Assembly: GCA_001949185.1 (NCBI GenBank) | Contig: BDGG01000004.1 | Location: 1,203,620 to 1,267,619, forward strand | Direction of reading: 5' to 3' | Length of the DNA: 64,000 bases | From: Ramazzottius varieornatus | Taxonomy: Eukaryota; Animalia; Tardigrada | In this document: piece by piece, positions 13,028-25,757 of the stretch | Position numbering within the stretch: position 1 is the first letter of the stretch | Layout: the number at the start of each line of letters is the position of its first letter | Position numbers and translations under genes: made by a program | Notes under the pieces: model-generated | Database searches by the model: none | What the model saw: only the letters and a program-made list of their open reading frames with translations | Told to the model about the DNA's origin: nothing

Positions 13028-16000
13028 TTAGGAGGTCTCCGTGAAAAGAGACAGAGTGTGCCACTGTTGGATATGTTCCTTCTCATTCTGCATAGCTTCT
13101 TGCCAGTGCTCCAGCTCCTTTCCGCGGGCAAACATGAAGCCGCCGAGTAGTACTCGTCCCAGGCTTTTCTGACCTGCAATACAAGGCTTAGTGGAGAAAA
13201 AGCAACAAAACTGATTGACTGTATTAAAATCAGCTAACCATTAGGACTGTTGGCAATTTCGGCATTGAAGTCTAGCGAGACGCTTTCGCACAACCGCGGC
13301 AATAACTTGAACTGGAAAGATTCGTTAAACTGCGGGTCGATCTGGTTCTTGACCAGCTGTGTCTTTTTGCGCTTCAGAACGCGGCTTTGATGCATCAAGC
13401 GAACCCTCACCAACGAATCTAGAGAAGATTTAGCAAAGGTGAGTAAGCGAAGGTGTCGGTGAGCAGGTTAGGGTTACCAGCGGCTTTGCCTGTCTCGCCG
13501 ATTCGGAAGTTCTTGCCTTCCACGACGTTTACCTGCGGATAAAATTACAATCATGGGCATAAGCGGAGAAGAACGTTATCCTTACAGTCAAACGTTGGAG
13601 ATCAGAGTTATAACAAAGCGATATTAGAAGTTCGCCGCGACTGCTCGGAGAAGGTATCTAAAATAGAAAGATTATGGACTACGAGGCTCTGTCAAACTAC
13701 CTTCAGGAAACTTACGTCGGAGACTACACTTTGCAGATCACGGTAGATGGTGGGATTACGATCCGAGTCAACGTTGAAGTCACTCAGAGGCAAGATGACG
13801 TATCCCAGTAGGTTGTGCTTTTTGCGCCGGTCAATGTCAAAGACCGTCAGTTTGAGGGTTCGTTGCTGGATAGCCTTGGCTGTGACAGGGAAGACGAAGG
13901 GTTCGTCAAAGCGCGGATTGACCGTCTTCCGCTTGACCTTGCTCTGTAGTGTCCGTCGTTCGTCGGGAAGAAGACAGACCCTACCAAACAATAAAATCGA
14001 TAATCGTGAAAGTAATGTAGGCGGGTCGTGATCCCTTTCGGGCATGAGTGAAAAGTCCTTGATCACACCTGACAAAAGGATCGCACGGGGATTTGTCAGG
14101 TCGGCATGGGAGATTCTTCCCCTTCACCAAAGTGACAACAAGCTTTTCGCACTCTCGCTCGAACGACAGCCGAAGCCATATCCGTCCCAAATGGTCCTCG
14201 GGGAAGGAAGACGTTTCATCACCGTCCAAGCTTTGGTACAAAGCTGGGTCAATACTGCCATAATCCTTCAGCTTCAATTCTGTCAAAACCAAAACATAGA
14301 AATTGGCTCTTTATAAGAATGCCGAAGCTTGATTTTAACCCTTGATCTTTGACGTACATAAATCCAAAGGATTTAGGACAGGGTGTTAAATCAATTGCGG
14401 GCTGAGCAAATGAACTGTTCAAGGTGTTTTCCCAATTGGCGCACTGTTTCAGCCAAGAACAACAAGTATGTGCGCCGGTTGAGATAACGATCTGGTTCAA
14501 CTCATCTGCCCGGCTCTCAAATTTCATTTACGGCCTTTTCAGTGGCCTCCCTTGTTTCGTGATTCTGTTCGGTACCAATACAGGCTAGCCGGGATATTAA
14601 ACATACTTTGTCTGACTGCAGGAGAAGAGTGACGAAGACAATGATCGCGTGTCGGCACGACGAAGGGTGGGATGCCGACCAGATGAGAATGAGGGGTATC
14701 TGGCGTGGAAGCGGAAGAACCGGCAGAAAAGCCGAGAGTGCGAAGAGGATTGGTCAGAAGGTTGGAAGAAAACTCGAGACTTCCTTTGAGCGATGTAGAC
14801 ATGGTTGACATGGGCGATAAATCCATTGAGGTCTTTGGTAAATCCATTCTGCATAATGAAAAAAGCCGGTACAGTAACTAGTATTGATAAAAGACACTGC
14901 CTTCGTTATTAAAATATTCTCCAAGACGTCGGTGATAATCTGAATATTTCAACATCTATTAGTATAGGTAAGCGCAAGATTACAGGAAATCTGGGCCGGA
15001 TACACAACGGACATTCCTGTTTCTTCGTACAATCACGATTCGACCTCTTTCGTGATGTGTCGCTGCATATCTACTCAGGCCTTGGTAGGATGCTTCCAGA
15101 AATTACTAGGGCCTCTGGCCATATGTGGTACTCATTACGGATAGAAGCTTGCCTAATTATAACCCAACCTGGATGACGGGCATCCTCACACGTACAGACA
15201 ATGACGGAAATCAAACCTTCAGGCTTCGAAATGATTGCACCATATGCAAACTATCCATGAGTAACAATATCAGAACTAAAATTTTTCCTTCATTCATATT
15301 TCGTACTGGACGAAGTAGAGCTTGAGGATCCAAGGCTACTGAATACCCACGCGCGTCACCATCCCAGGTTGCCGGCGACCTTGGGGACCCAGAAGTACCG
15401 ATTCTGGGACAGTATCATAATAATCGCTTGGATGGAGCATTGTATACCGTCGCTTGGGAGCCTGGGACTGGAGGATCTGTGAGAAATTATGGTCCATAAA
15501 GCCACCTGTTCGTCAACAAGCATTCTCCAATCGCAGAGAAACTGATACCGTTGTGGGTTCTCATATTGCTGCACCGGTAGTTTCCAACTTGATCAGTTTC
15601 AAGCCTATCTGTGGTACAGATTGCGATCAGCTGACGTGCAGGAAATCTTCCAGGGTTTCCTAGGGCTTCCGAAGCTACTCAACGCCGACACACCTAGGCT
15701 CGATTACTGACGACAAGAAAAACTAACCGCACAAGTGTTTTTCCTTTTAGCTTTGTTGACCAAACATCAACAGATCTTCAGCACGATTGAAGTGAGGTGC
15801 AAGGATCTGAAGATTTCGGACTTCCGGCTCGCATGACAGCTTAATGCATGTTCACAAGAGCGTTTCTGACAGCACAAACCGGAAGCCAAGTTAGGCGTCA
15901 GAAACTTACCGAGCAGCAGAAAGTCCAGACCGTAGCACCGTCCCCGACATGGCGAGTCCTTTGTACAATGCAGTGCTGAGGTTCTGGGTCGCTGACGTAT

Positions 16001-16130
16001 CGGCGTTTCTTAGCGACCCGGATGAGCCACTCCTATTCTCTTCCGACTCATTCTTAACCTCGTCGTCTTCCTCATCGGATTCAAGCCACATCCTCGATAG
16101 TCGCTCACTAGAAATTAATGTCTTGGTCAT
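13028..16130 (-). CDS. SYT15: Synaptotagmin-15-like tandem C2 protein
   Basis: C2A (GSIDPALY, LGRIWL, KTVNPRFDEPFVF) and C2B ending GRVLLGGFMFARGKELEHWQE, characteristic of SYT15. Exon 15910-16130 splices in frame to the exon starting at 14848. Confidence 0.8.
14400..14517. repeat. Family A copy 4 (SYT15 intron, reverse orientation)
   Basis: TTTTCCCAATTGGCGCAC...GTGCGCCGGTTGAGATAACGATC. Confidence 0.75.
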
Positions 16131-16742
16131 AACCTATGGACTGATTAAAGGTCGGCGGACCCATTAACGGTGGATCAGTTTAGACGATACTAACAGTCTC
16201 ATCCGGTTATATGATAATTAGAGCTGTTCGATCACGGCGGTGCTTTAGGGAAACGTATCCTTGCCGATTAGGGCTTGATGGCACTAAAATAAAAATGCAG
16301 CAGTAAAGAAAGTCGTAAAGCTATAGGATAATGATGACCTGCGTGCTGGAACGATATCCGGGCACCATCGGATGATATTACTACTCGTAATGCATGTACC
16401 TTCGTGTTTTTATAATGTCTTTTCCTTGACCGGCGTGGGAGACGATGGCATGATCTTGTTAAAGCTGCATTGGCGGAAGTGTCTATTTCCGGTCCCTCCC
16501 ATTCGGTCTGGATCTTCCTACTAGTTTTCTCCAGTATGTTACGTAGGCCTGCTGTGAGCTTTATTCCTTTAATCTTTCCTGGCCACGCTTTACGTGCACC
16601 GGGCTATGATAATCCTTTGACCGACATTCAGTCTGCAACCAGACAAATGAACACACGATAAGATTAAAAAAATAAAAACGAAATTGTCACATTTGGAAAA
16701 CCATGGAAAGTCTGTACGATGTGAGAGACCAGAGATGGCACT

Positions 16743-17999
16743 TCAGAGAGAAGTCAGCTGCCGCATCTCCATTTGTCGTTTCAGCGCTGCTCGGTACGCT
16801 TCATAACTGCTGACAATGCGCTCGTTTTCTTGCCGGAACAAACCGTTCATCATGGCCAGATGATCGTGCAATTCGGACAGACTGAAGTTCTCCCATTTCA
16901 GCTTGTGGTCGGAAGACGCTGGTAACCGAGCATATGCCTGTAGCCAGTCCGGGATCTCTTCCGTGTTTCGGAACTTGTTGGGAGGTACCAAGTGCTGTAT
17001 GCTGGAACCTCGGGAAGGACTAGAGTGTAAGCTACTGGAGGACTCGCTACCACGAGAAGGTTCCTTGAACCGGTCAGCGTAACTGGGCGCAGGAAGCATC
17101 CAGTGGGTTGTTTTTGTGTTGTGGTCGATGTAGTACCTTCTTCCTCCGGGAGTATAGTCTACCATCCATCCTGGAGGAAGAGGCTCGTTCGAAAGACCTT
17201 CCCTCGAGTTTCCCTCGCGCCTGGAGAAAACACCATTGGGAGCACCAAGACCCGCATCGGACCACGCCGCACTGCCCCTGCTACCCGGCAGTCCACCCAA
17301 GGTCGTGCTTGATGCCCCCGCAAAAGCTAATTTCCCCTGTGGAGGGGCGATGGGGTTGAACAGCCTTTTCTCAACAGGCTGGAAACTGCCTCTTCTTCCC
17401 TTCTCCGCTACGGCTTCTCCCAAAGTTGGGTTTCTGTTATACTTATTCAGGTTTGCAGGTTCAGATTGCTGTTCGCAGTTGGGACAATGATGAAAGGCAG
17501 TGGCGAAGTGAGTGGTGTTCCTATAAAGAGGGCTGATGACCGAGTCGAGGGAGGAGGGAGTGACGCGACCAAAGCTGGACTGCGAGCGACTCCCAATGTC
17601 ATGAGACGACGCCAAGCTGAGTCCAGGAGTGTTCAAGGACCAAGCGCTGCCTCCGAGAGATCGAGTTACAGGTCGTGAAAGAGGAGAACGGGAAGTCCGA
17701 GGAAATTCTTGGTTGAAATGCTGGTTGGGAGTGATGGACGGCGCAGAGTTGATTCGACCTGCATAACGCGATTGGGGTCCAGCTTGCGGGTTGAGCGGGG
17801 ACGTTAGACCGAGGAGGTGGAGCGGCTGAGGTTGGGTACGTCGTTGGAAGTTGACTTCGTGTCGTGGGCTGTGGTAATAGTTGACAGGATTACCATTGCT
17901 CCCTGGAATGGACGATGGATCGCGCTTGACGTAGGAGCCAGCTAACCCATCAGACTTGCTGCCCAGCTTGCTGTCCTTCTTTCGTGAAAGCATTTTCAT
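16743..17999 (-). CDS. SAV1: Salvador homolog (WW + SARAH; Hippo pathway scaffold)
   Basis: N-terminus MLSRKK...GSYVKR, WW domain [28 protein letters not shown], then IPDWLQAY...LKWENF and SARAH helix [12 protein letters not shown]. Single coding exon. Confidence 0.9.
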   Translation of the reverse strand: MKMLSRKKDSKLGSKSDGLAGSYVKRDPSSIPGSNGNPVNYYHSPRHEVNFQRRTQPQPLHLLGLTSPLNPQAGPQSRYAGRINSAPSITPNQHFNQEFPRTSRSPLSRPVTRSLGGSAWSLNTPGLSLASSHDIGSRSQSSFGRVTPSSLDSVISPLYRNTTHFATAFHHCPNCEQQSEPANLNKYNRNPTLGEAVAEKGRRGSFQPVEKRLFNPIAPPQGKLAFAGASSTTLGGLPGSRGSAAWSDAGLGAPNGVFSRREGNSREGLSNEPLPPGWMVDYTPGGRRYYIDHNTKTTHWMLPAPSYADRFKEPSRGSESSSSLHSSPSRGSSIQHLVPPNKFRNTEEIPDWLQAYARLPASSDHKLKWENFSLSELHDHLAMMNGLFRQENERIVSSYEAYRAALKRQMEMRQLTSL

Positions 18000-19274
18000 C
18001 TTTTCCACCTGCAAGAAAAGAACATTGTCAGATATTCAGGACTGGGAAGTTCCGGACACAGGAGAGAGGGAAATTAATGTCCGAATTCCAAACAGCGCAA
18101 CAGGTAGTTTCGATGTGTAGTCAATCAGCAAAATCAACTCACTCCTACTTTATTGTTGTTGTTAAGTTGTCATGTCAGCCTTGACATCTCTATGTCCAAT
18201 GTATGACATAACATGCCTGGATTCCGGGTGGCGCTACGGTGCAGGAGTCAACAAGGACAGCACTACAGTAGAGGACAGCTTTCGAGATCTCAGAAACATC
18301 TGTTCCTGGTTCCACGGCTTCTAATTGAAATAGCTTAGAACGGAAGGTAGGGAAATCCTAAAAGGAGGTAGCCATTACTTTCTCAGTGAACCGTGGTCAG
18401 TTAATGAAAGTTTCTGCGTGTCATTATAATGATCACAATTTGAATTTTATTACAGGAACAAGACGCTTTACGGCAGGACACAGTCTTTCGAGACCAGCCT
18501 CTCCTGCACTCGATCCAAAAATTAAAACCTTACGGTAAACCCTTACTCATTTTGCCTTCTGACCTTTGGCCCTCGCCAAGAAAACGTAACAGGGTTGTCA
18601 GATTTTTTATTCTGCATGCACGGTGCCACGGACGCTGTAACTAGCACAGTCGAAGTGACCACTGTCTCAGTGGATGATGATCTCCGGACGGCGAATGTGT
18701 GTCAGAATACGATACAGAACGTGAACTTTAAAACGATTACCACAGCCGGCGCTAAAGATCAACAGAACTTGATCCTTGACCAGACGGCGAATGCGCCAAG
18801 CGTGATACAACAGTGTTACAACAGAGTCCAGTCGCGCCATAACACTAAGCCGAAGAAGACTAATAGCCAAGATGTCGAAGGGGTTTATGCCCCGAAAGTT
18901 GACAAAAATGAGTATCGTCGGCTCAATTTGTTGGTAACTTCATTTAATTTACAGCATTATTTTAGTTCGTAAAGTTCGTGCACGTAGCCCCGACCTTCGA
19001 ATGACTAACCACATAAAAGACTCAAAAGTGATTTTCAAGCATCAAAAAGGCATCGCCGCGACGATCGCGAATTTTCTTTGAAATTTCATTAGACTTGTTC
19101 TACTCCTGTCGTATGTCCGGAGCAGTCTGCCAAGCTTTGGGAAGGCGGGGAATTTATGATCCGTTTATACCCGGCCCGTTAATTTTGAAATTTTGAACAT
19201 GGAGTTCGGACCCCATTCTTAGCTTCGTTTATGGCGAACCATTATTTTGAATTACTAACAGTATACATTTTTAA

Positions 19275-19321
19275 AGGTTACAGGTTTGACAGGTTACAGG
19301 TTTGACAGGTTACAGGTTTGA
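19275..19321. repeat. 16-bp tandem repeat, about 3 copies
   Basis: (AGGTTACAGGTTTGAC)x3, last copy one base short. Confidence 0.9.
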
Positions 19322-20251
19322 GAATTGATTGTGCGGTCAACAAGGCGTGACAGCTTTTCTCATAGACTTTGGTCATCGTCGTGCTTACGAGGTGTGAAGA
19401 CGCAGCAGCACCAAACTCCAGCAAGGATCGACGGCACTTTGAGCTTGCGCTTTTTCTGGCGTCAAAGGTTACCTCAAAATTCCACTCTGCAGTCTGCAGC
19501 TGGCGCGACAGCATTTGCTTCTCCATCAAATATTGCAGATGCTAGAAGAAAAAGTAGAGACCCTACGGGAGGAAAAACTGCAGCTCAAAATGACCAAATG
19601 ATTTTGGAAACTTCTGATAAGACTCATGAAAAAGCGCTCATGTTACTTTGTTTCGGGAAGTTCATCCCGATTTTTCGGAACTCTTCGATAGTTCACTAAA
19701 AGTTGTCCCTCCACTGAAGGTGAACAAGATGGACCTTGTTCTTTCGACCTGACGGTATCAACAGGCCGCCCACTGACCACTCTGTCTAGAGACTCCACCT
19801 CCTGTCCAATAACCTCTTTTGGTTCGAGTTAGACCCAAATACCGTTGGCAAAGATGCCCCAGGGTACGCCCTTTCTAGCAGACCGGGCTCCGTATAAAAG
19901 CTGCTCCGTATCCGGCAAAGTCTTTCTACTCGGCCACATTATTTTCGTTGCTCATCCGTCCAAGTTTCTCGTTTCTCAGTGCCGGATATCCCAGCTTCTC
20001 GTCCCAGTTCCGTCATTCGAATCTGCTGGCTCAATGAGATCTTCTGTCAGCCACAGGAATACCCCGAAGCTTGTAGTGCATCGTCGTCAAGCACAAAAGA
20101 GTCTGGAATCTCTTCACTAAGAATCTTGGAATATTCTTCGTTTGATTGTAAGTCGAAAGGATGGTTCAGATCGAAACGCTCTCTTGAATTTTGTTTATGT
20201 AATGTTGCAGGAAAGAACGGAAACTGAAGTGGATGAGAAGACCGCCTCAGC

Positions 20252-22072
20252 ATGCCTACACGAAGCGATGATACTCTGCCATCCTTCATGCAAGTTCCCG
20301 ATACCCCGATAGCTTCCTCGCCCACCTCGTCGGAGGAATTTCGGGAGACTTTCATGGAGCGAGTGAAGTTTAACCCTCTCGTACGATATGCGTTTAGCCG
20401 CGTTCAAGAGGCGTACGAGCACACCAAAGATCGCCATTCTGTCCTGCGCGGCGTCTTGGAGCGAGGCGAGAAAACGGTGGCTTACTCCATCAAGAGCGCT
20501 AACGATGTCTACACCAAGACCGGCCTGGCCACTCGCTTACAAAAGCCACGTAAGTAGCGCGTGATTCTCCTTATTTATGGTTTGTTCTGAGTTGTGGCCA
20601 GTGAGAGGTCAAGCGATTGCTTCCGAGAAGCATCGAGGAAGCGAGAACAGCCATTATCTCGATCTTCTCCGATAACAAAAGTGTTTCTTGCTGTTTACAG
20701 TTATCACCATTCAGTCCGTGGCTGATACGTCGGCCTGCTTCGTTCTCGACAAAGTGGAGGAGAAGTTGCCCATCATCACCAAGACGCCATACGAAGTAAG
20801 AATACCCGTCTTGGACTGGTTTCGAGCATTACAGAATCAACTGTTGGAAGCCATTTACGCTGGACAACCCAACCACGTGGTTTTTCGCGAGACTTCCAAA
20901 GCTGACAAATCACGTGGTGAAGTTCAGGCTTGTGGTATAACATCGGGCGATGATTTGATTTGTTTTGACCATCGGCCGAACCAGCTGTTCGGTGGCGCCA
21001 CCGTCCAGCGAGGTAACAGCGAAACCGCTACCAGTGAAACTTCCCGATCCCATTTCGGTTCGTCGGCGGTTTCCTTGTCATTTCCCAACCCTTAGTTCTA
21101 TCCCACTGGCTAATCTGCTCGTTGATGTCCTTGACCTTGTGCTGTCGCGCTGGGGTAATATTACGTGTTGATGATGTGTTTGTTGTATGCTTGTACAGAT
21201 CAAGCTGATGTGGCGAGATAAAGTGGAGGCAAAGGTGGACCAGTTGAATGGGTTGAAAGAGTCCACGTCGCGCCTGTTGGATGACTGCAAGCAGACTGCG
21301 TCGCAGACTTTGGAAGAGACCAAGAAGATGGGGGCTGATAAGGTGCAACAAGTGCTGGAAACTCCGTACGGCCAAAGGCTCAACCACACGCTCGAACAAG
21401 GCTTGTCGGTGGCAGACGATGTCTTGGATCGTGTCTTGCCAGAAGTACCACTCCGTCCCACCACTGGTACGACCCCAAGTCTCTGCTTTCTTGGCACCAT
21501 TTTCAGTAAGAAAGCGGATGTGACTTGTTCTTTATATCACAGGTTATTTACACACCAACGGAAATGGCTTCCTTAACGGTCATCTCTCTGGCAGCAGCAG
21601 TCACGTCTCGTCCAACGGTCACTTCCAAAAGTCCACCTACACCGAGTACGAAACCAGCTACACTGCTACTGCACCCTTGGAACCCGAAAACAGCCTGCAG
21701 CACGCGACGCAACTGGTACAGAAGATGGTACGCCGTGTGGTGACCCGCGTCAAGAATGGACCGTTAGCCAAAGTGCAACAGATGGCGCGCCGTAACGTGG
21801 AGATGGTGAGCGGGACCGTCGAATGGTCGCGTCAATTGGTAGCCGCTGTGACTAGCGCTGCCTACTGGACAGTGGCCGATGTTACTGCCAGCACTGTCAC
21901 CATGGCTTATACGGCTCTGATGGCTGTTCTGCCCGCCACTTTGGGTGAGAAAGTGACCATCTACCTCGATGCCACTTTTGAGTATCTTCTGCGTCAGAAG
22001 CGTGGAGGAGCCGCAGCAGCTACCACCACCACCACCACTTCCAGGGCGTATTCCTTCAAGAAATACCAGTAG
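20252..22072 (+). CDS. Perilipin (PAT-domain lipid droplet protein)
   Basis: PAT-like N-terminus (RVKFNPLV...YEHTKDRH...ACFVLDKVEEKLPII) followed by amphipathic helices and ADDVLDRVLP. Confidence 0.8.
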
Positions 22073-23646
22073 GAAGAAGAACCTGTCGCCTCACAGTTAG
22101 CCTAAACAGCTGAGGACCGACCGCGCTATTCTTCGAAAGTTGTCCGAAAATACTGACAGAAATTCAGTCAAAACGATTTTCGTATCTTCCTACAGTATCC
22201 TCTGCCAATTTTGATAATTTTATTGCCTGCACATCCGTAGCTCGCTTTGTACATCTATACCATTTGCATCTGCTTTTCTGTCATTTCTAGAACTTCCCTG
22301 CATGTCTTCTGCATTATCCTGGAATGTTTGCATTGTCATGAGGAATATTCCGTGCTGTTTTGACCAGTATTCAGCTGTTTAATCTACGAGGTAAACGACA
22401 TAGTTCGGGCAACGCGAAAGGTTTGAACATTACTTTCAACGCTTGATTCATCCCTCATCGTACGTGGGTTGATACAACATTAGGCTTTTTAACAGTGGAT
22501 AGACCCATCTCTAGCCCAGGCCAAATTCCCGTAATCTACAACGCTTTCCCGTTCTCTAACCTATTGAAACCTCGAGGAGAGGGATCAGTCTACCTCAGGA
22601 AACAAGAAGCGGCTCATTACGCGCAGCAGGAGCTGAGAAAAAATATGGCCGAATCACGAGTGAAAAACCCCTATGCCCGAATTATATCATTTACCTCGTA
22701 TTCATTATGTACTGTATTGTTTATAATTATTCTTGATTGTCCAGCAAACGATGCGTATTCCGTGAAATTCTGTCTGTTTACCAGAACGTAAGTAATGGCA
22801 ACCAGTGGTTCTTTTCCTCTAAAAAAGTTGGTGCGAAAAAAATATTGCAGAGGCTCCTACGTCTTCGAGCCACCAACAGCGCCATCTTTAGAGTAAACGG
22901 ACCAAAGCATGGTTTTGATCATTATGACAGTCTGGACTCAGAATTGTTCTTCGGCCTTCCAGGATACAAACCAGGAAGAAAGTATGATAGATGTCACCTT
23001 CACTTCATTATTCATATGCCACGGTCGAGCTGTTTTCACCATACTGGACTGTTAATCGTGGATGCTACCAAAGCTGAAAGTATTCTGCACTCATAGTAGC
23101 CTGAAGATATTGATCACATCTTGATCAGCTTGCTGCAGCTCGCACAAGGTAAGCTTCGACAAACCTCTCAACTGGTTCTTGAACTGTTCGCTTCTACAAG
23201 TAACACAAAGCCGTCTTTCGATGGTATTCGGATAACAAATTTCGTGTTGCAGTTTTGCAGCCATCGTTAGACATCTCTGTCGGCTGGACGCCACCGACTC
23301 CTTTGCCGTCCTTCCACGATTCCTCGCTCTCCGCGACCTGTCCCGAATCCCTGTCATCACCTTGCTCGATAGTTTGCAAGCGCGAAGTGTGGGTTAGTAC
23401 CGAACTGTTCTTACCAAGTTGAAGCCTCGTGTGCTGACTGTTGAGATTGCTGCAATCAAGATTTGAGCATCAATCAATATTTCTGCGGAATATAATTCCA
23501 GTATATTTCGGTCCCACATGTGTGCAACTGCAACCAGTGTGTGGAACAGACGGAGCCACCACACAGGTAGCTTTTCGCGTACACGGATTCCATCCGTGTG
23601 TCGTTGTTGACAGGTGTTATATCATCCTTAGTGAACCCGTTGACAG

Positions 23647-24276
23647 ATGGAAAGACAGCGAGTAGGAGTCGGAAATGGCGACGCGAAGGAAGCGCTCAAG
23701 AATAAAAACAAGCAAAAGATTGCGGCGAAGAAGTCTCCTGCTGGTCAAACCTTCGTCATGTTTGTCCGCGGCTGGATTACCCTGGTGGCTTTCATGGCTC
23801 TCGGTAACAGTGTCCAATGCTTCATCAAACCGGACTTTGTCTGGACCAAGCTCTACAACGAAAGCACAGAAGTGGGTTCGCTAACAGCGAGAACCTACGG
23901 TATGTGGACCTTGCTTGCCTCGCTGGTTCGCTTCATGTACGCCTACAACATGCACAACTGGGAGCTATTCCTGCTTACCTTCGCTTCCTACGTGCTAGCC
24001 TTTGGTCACTTCACGAGCGAGATGCTGGTGTATCACAGTGCCGGGCTGGATAGTATGGGGATGCTGAGTGCCGTCGTAGTGAGTGGAGCCTCGATGGTGC
24101 TGCTACTTGTCGTGCGGACCTATATATGGCCTGCCAGCCATTCTGCCAACAACGACGATGAGTTTCCGCCACACTTTAGGTTAAAGCCTATTGACACTCC
24201 TGCCACAGATTTGCAAGGCCAGCCTGAGTCGCAGCCTGCGCTTGCCAAGAAGCCGAACCGCCAACACCAAGATTAA
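23647..24276 (+). CDS. ERG28: ERG28 family ER membrane protein
   Basis: LGNSVQCF, LTARTYGMWTLL and AFGHFTSEMLVY motifs. Intronless CDS. Confidence 0.9.
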   Translation: MERQRVGVGNGDAKEALKNKNKQKIAAKKSPAGQTFVMFVRGWITLVAFMALGNSVQCFIKPDFVWTKLYNESTEVGSLTARTYGMWTLLASLVRFMYAYNMHNWELFLLTFASYVLAFGHFTSEMLVYHSAGLDSMGMLSAVVVSGASMVLLLVVRTYIWPASHSANNDDEFPPHFRLKPIDTPATDLQGQPESQPALAKKPNRQHQD

Positions 24277-25757
24277 CGACGACAGAGCGCACCCGCGGAC
24301 CCGCAGTGGTTACTCTGCCTCTATGATACTTTTGATGGCAGAGAGCAAATGGCGGTGTAAGTGGAAAGTGATTGCCGATCAGGGCTCAACAGACCAAACG
24401 ATCAGCATAATCTATGAACGTCCTCCCCGAAGACTTCAGCAAGCGATGTTCTCGATATTTTTTGCAGGCATAGGAAAGCTTTTGTTACTGCTACTGTGAT
24501 TTCGGGTATTTCAGGAACATTGGGTATCTTTACGACAATGAGCATTTAGCTCTAAAATTTCGGAAGGTCGTGCAGATACCCGGAAAAAAACATGTGAAGT
24601 GCTTCATTACTCCGTCTTCCCAGCTATATATTGAAAACCTGAGGTAAAGTGTGGTAACTCTCCCAACCTTCACCTTGTAGCTCGAGCCTCGCGCGACACA
24701 GAGAAAGGAACCCATCAGGAACTAAGGAACTGTTGGGCTTGCTCGAGGAGAGAACCCGACGCAAAGTTTCACGTCGAGCCTTCTGCTCGTTGAAACCCGA
24801 TATGTGAAGAGTGGGGTTGTGTCTCGGCCAATCTACATATCCAAGGAGTCATTGGCCCTTCTGTAACAAGGATGCACTCCTGTCGCACGAACTCCCGCGG
24901 ATGCGACTGTTGATGCTTTCAACAGCCATCAAGCCTCCTTCAGTCGGACGCTCACAGACTAGGACTATTTTGGGTGATCCTTATGCACCATGCAGTTACA
25001 AAAAGTATATTTAGAGCTCGCTGCTGGTCGTCAAACTCAGGCAAAGCTAACTCTTCGGCAAGTCCTTGCGAAAAAAGCTGAAAGAAGTCTGTCTCAACAG
25101 TGCAGCCTTCGGTGCGGCAGACAAGGCCGGTTCGATGCCGGCAATGCAATGGACCCTGGCTCGCCCCCGCACAGCTGGCTGGCTGACTGTCCCGACTGGT
25201 GATTTTCCACGAGATTCTTTTCTCATTTCCCACATGCGGAAGTAACGTGCCATCATTCCTCCAACGAGTAGGTATTACCAGAATGCGAGCATTTGAAGCC
25301 AGATGAGAAGAGCGCAGAAGAACAAGAGCTAGCAACAATCAAGACAAGAAAGAACTGCAAGCAAAAGATGGACAAGCGAAAAACTATAGAAAAGACGCAA
25401 TAAATTTGAGAAGGAACTATCATTGAAATATCATGGTACTATAAAGTAAATGGTAGCGTATGGATGACTTGCGCAGCGTGTTGAGAAAAATAAAGGTGAC
25501 GGGGTGGATGAAGGGAGCAGTGTGGTGTAGTGGTCCATGGTGCCATGGCGTAGTGCCGGCTCCTTCTCTGGCTGCCGGTGTGTTCTCACGTACTGACGAC
25601 TGATAACAATAATAATGCAGCTATGGTTATGTAGCATAGATGATTAAATCCAAAATGCAGCATCGGCACACTCTTGACGATCATACAGTGATACGATGTG
25701 AAGGCCTTCCTTGTCGCATTGGAGACAACAGTGAAGGACAACAGCTGGATCGACCAT

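Noticed and set aside
22495-23400. Overlapping small ORFs upstream of ERG28
   Set aside because: No motifs or coherent splice pattern; probably promoter or UTR sequence.
24650-25400. Short ORFs suggesting a decayed mobile element
   Set aside because: I recognised no transposase or RT motif and no terminal repeats.
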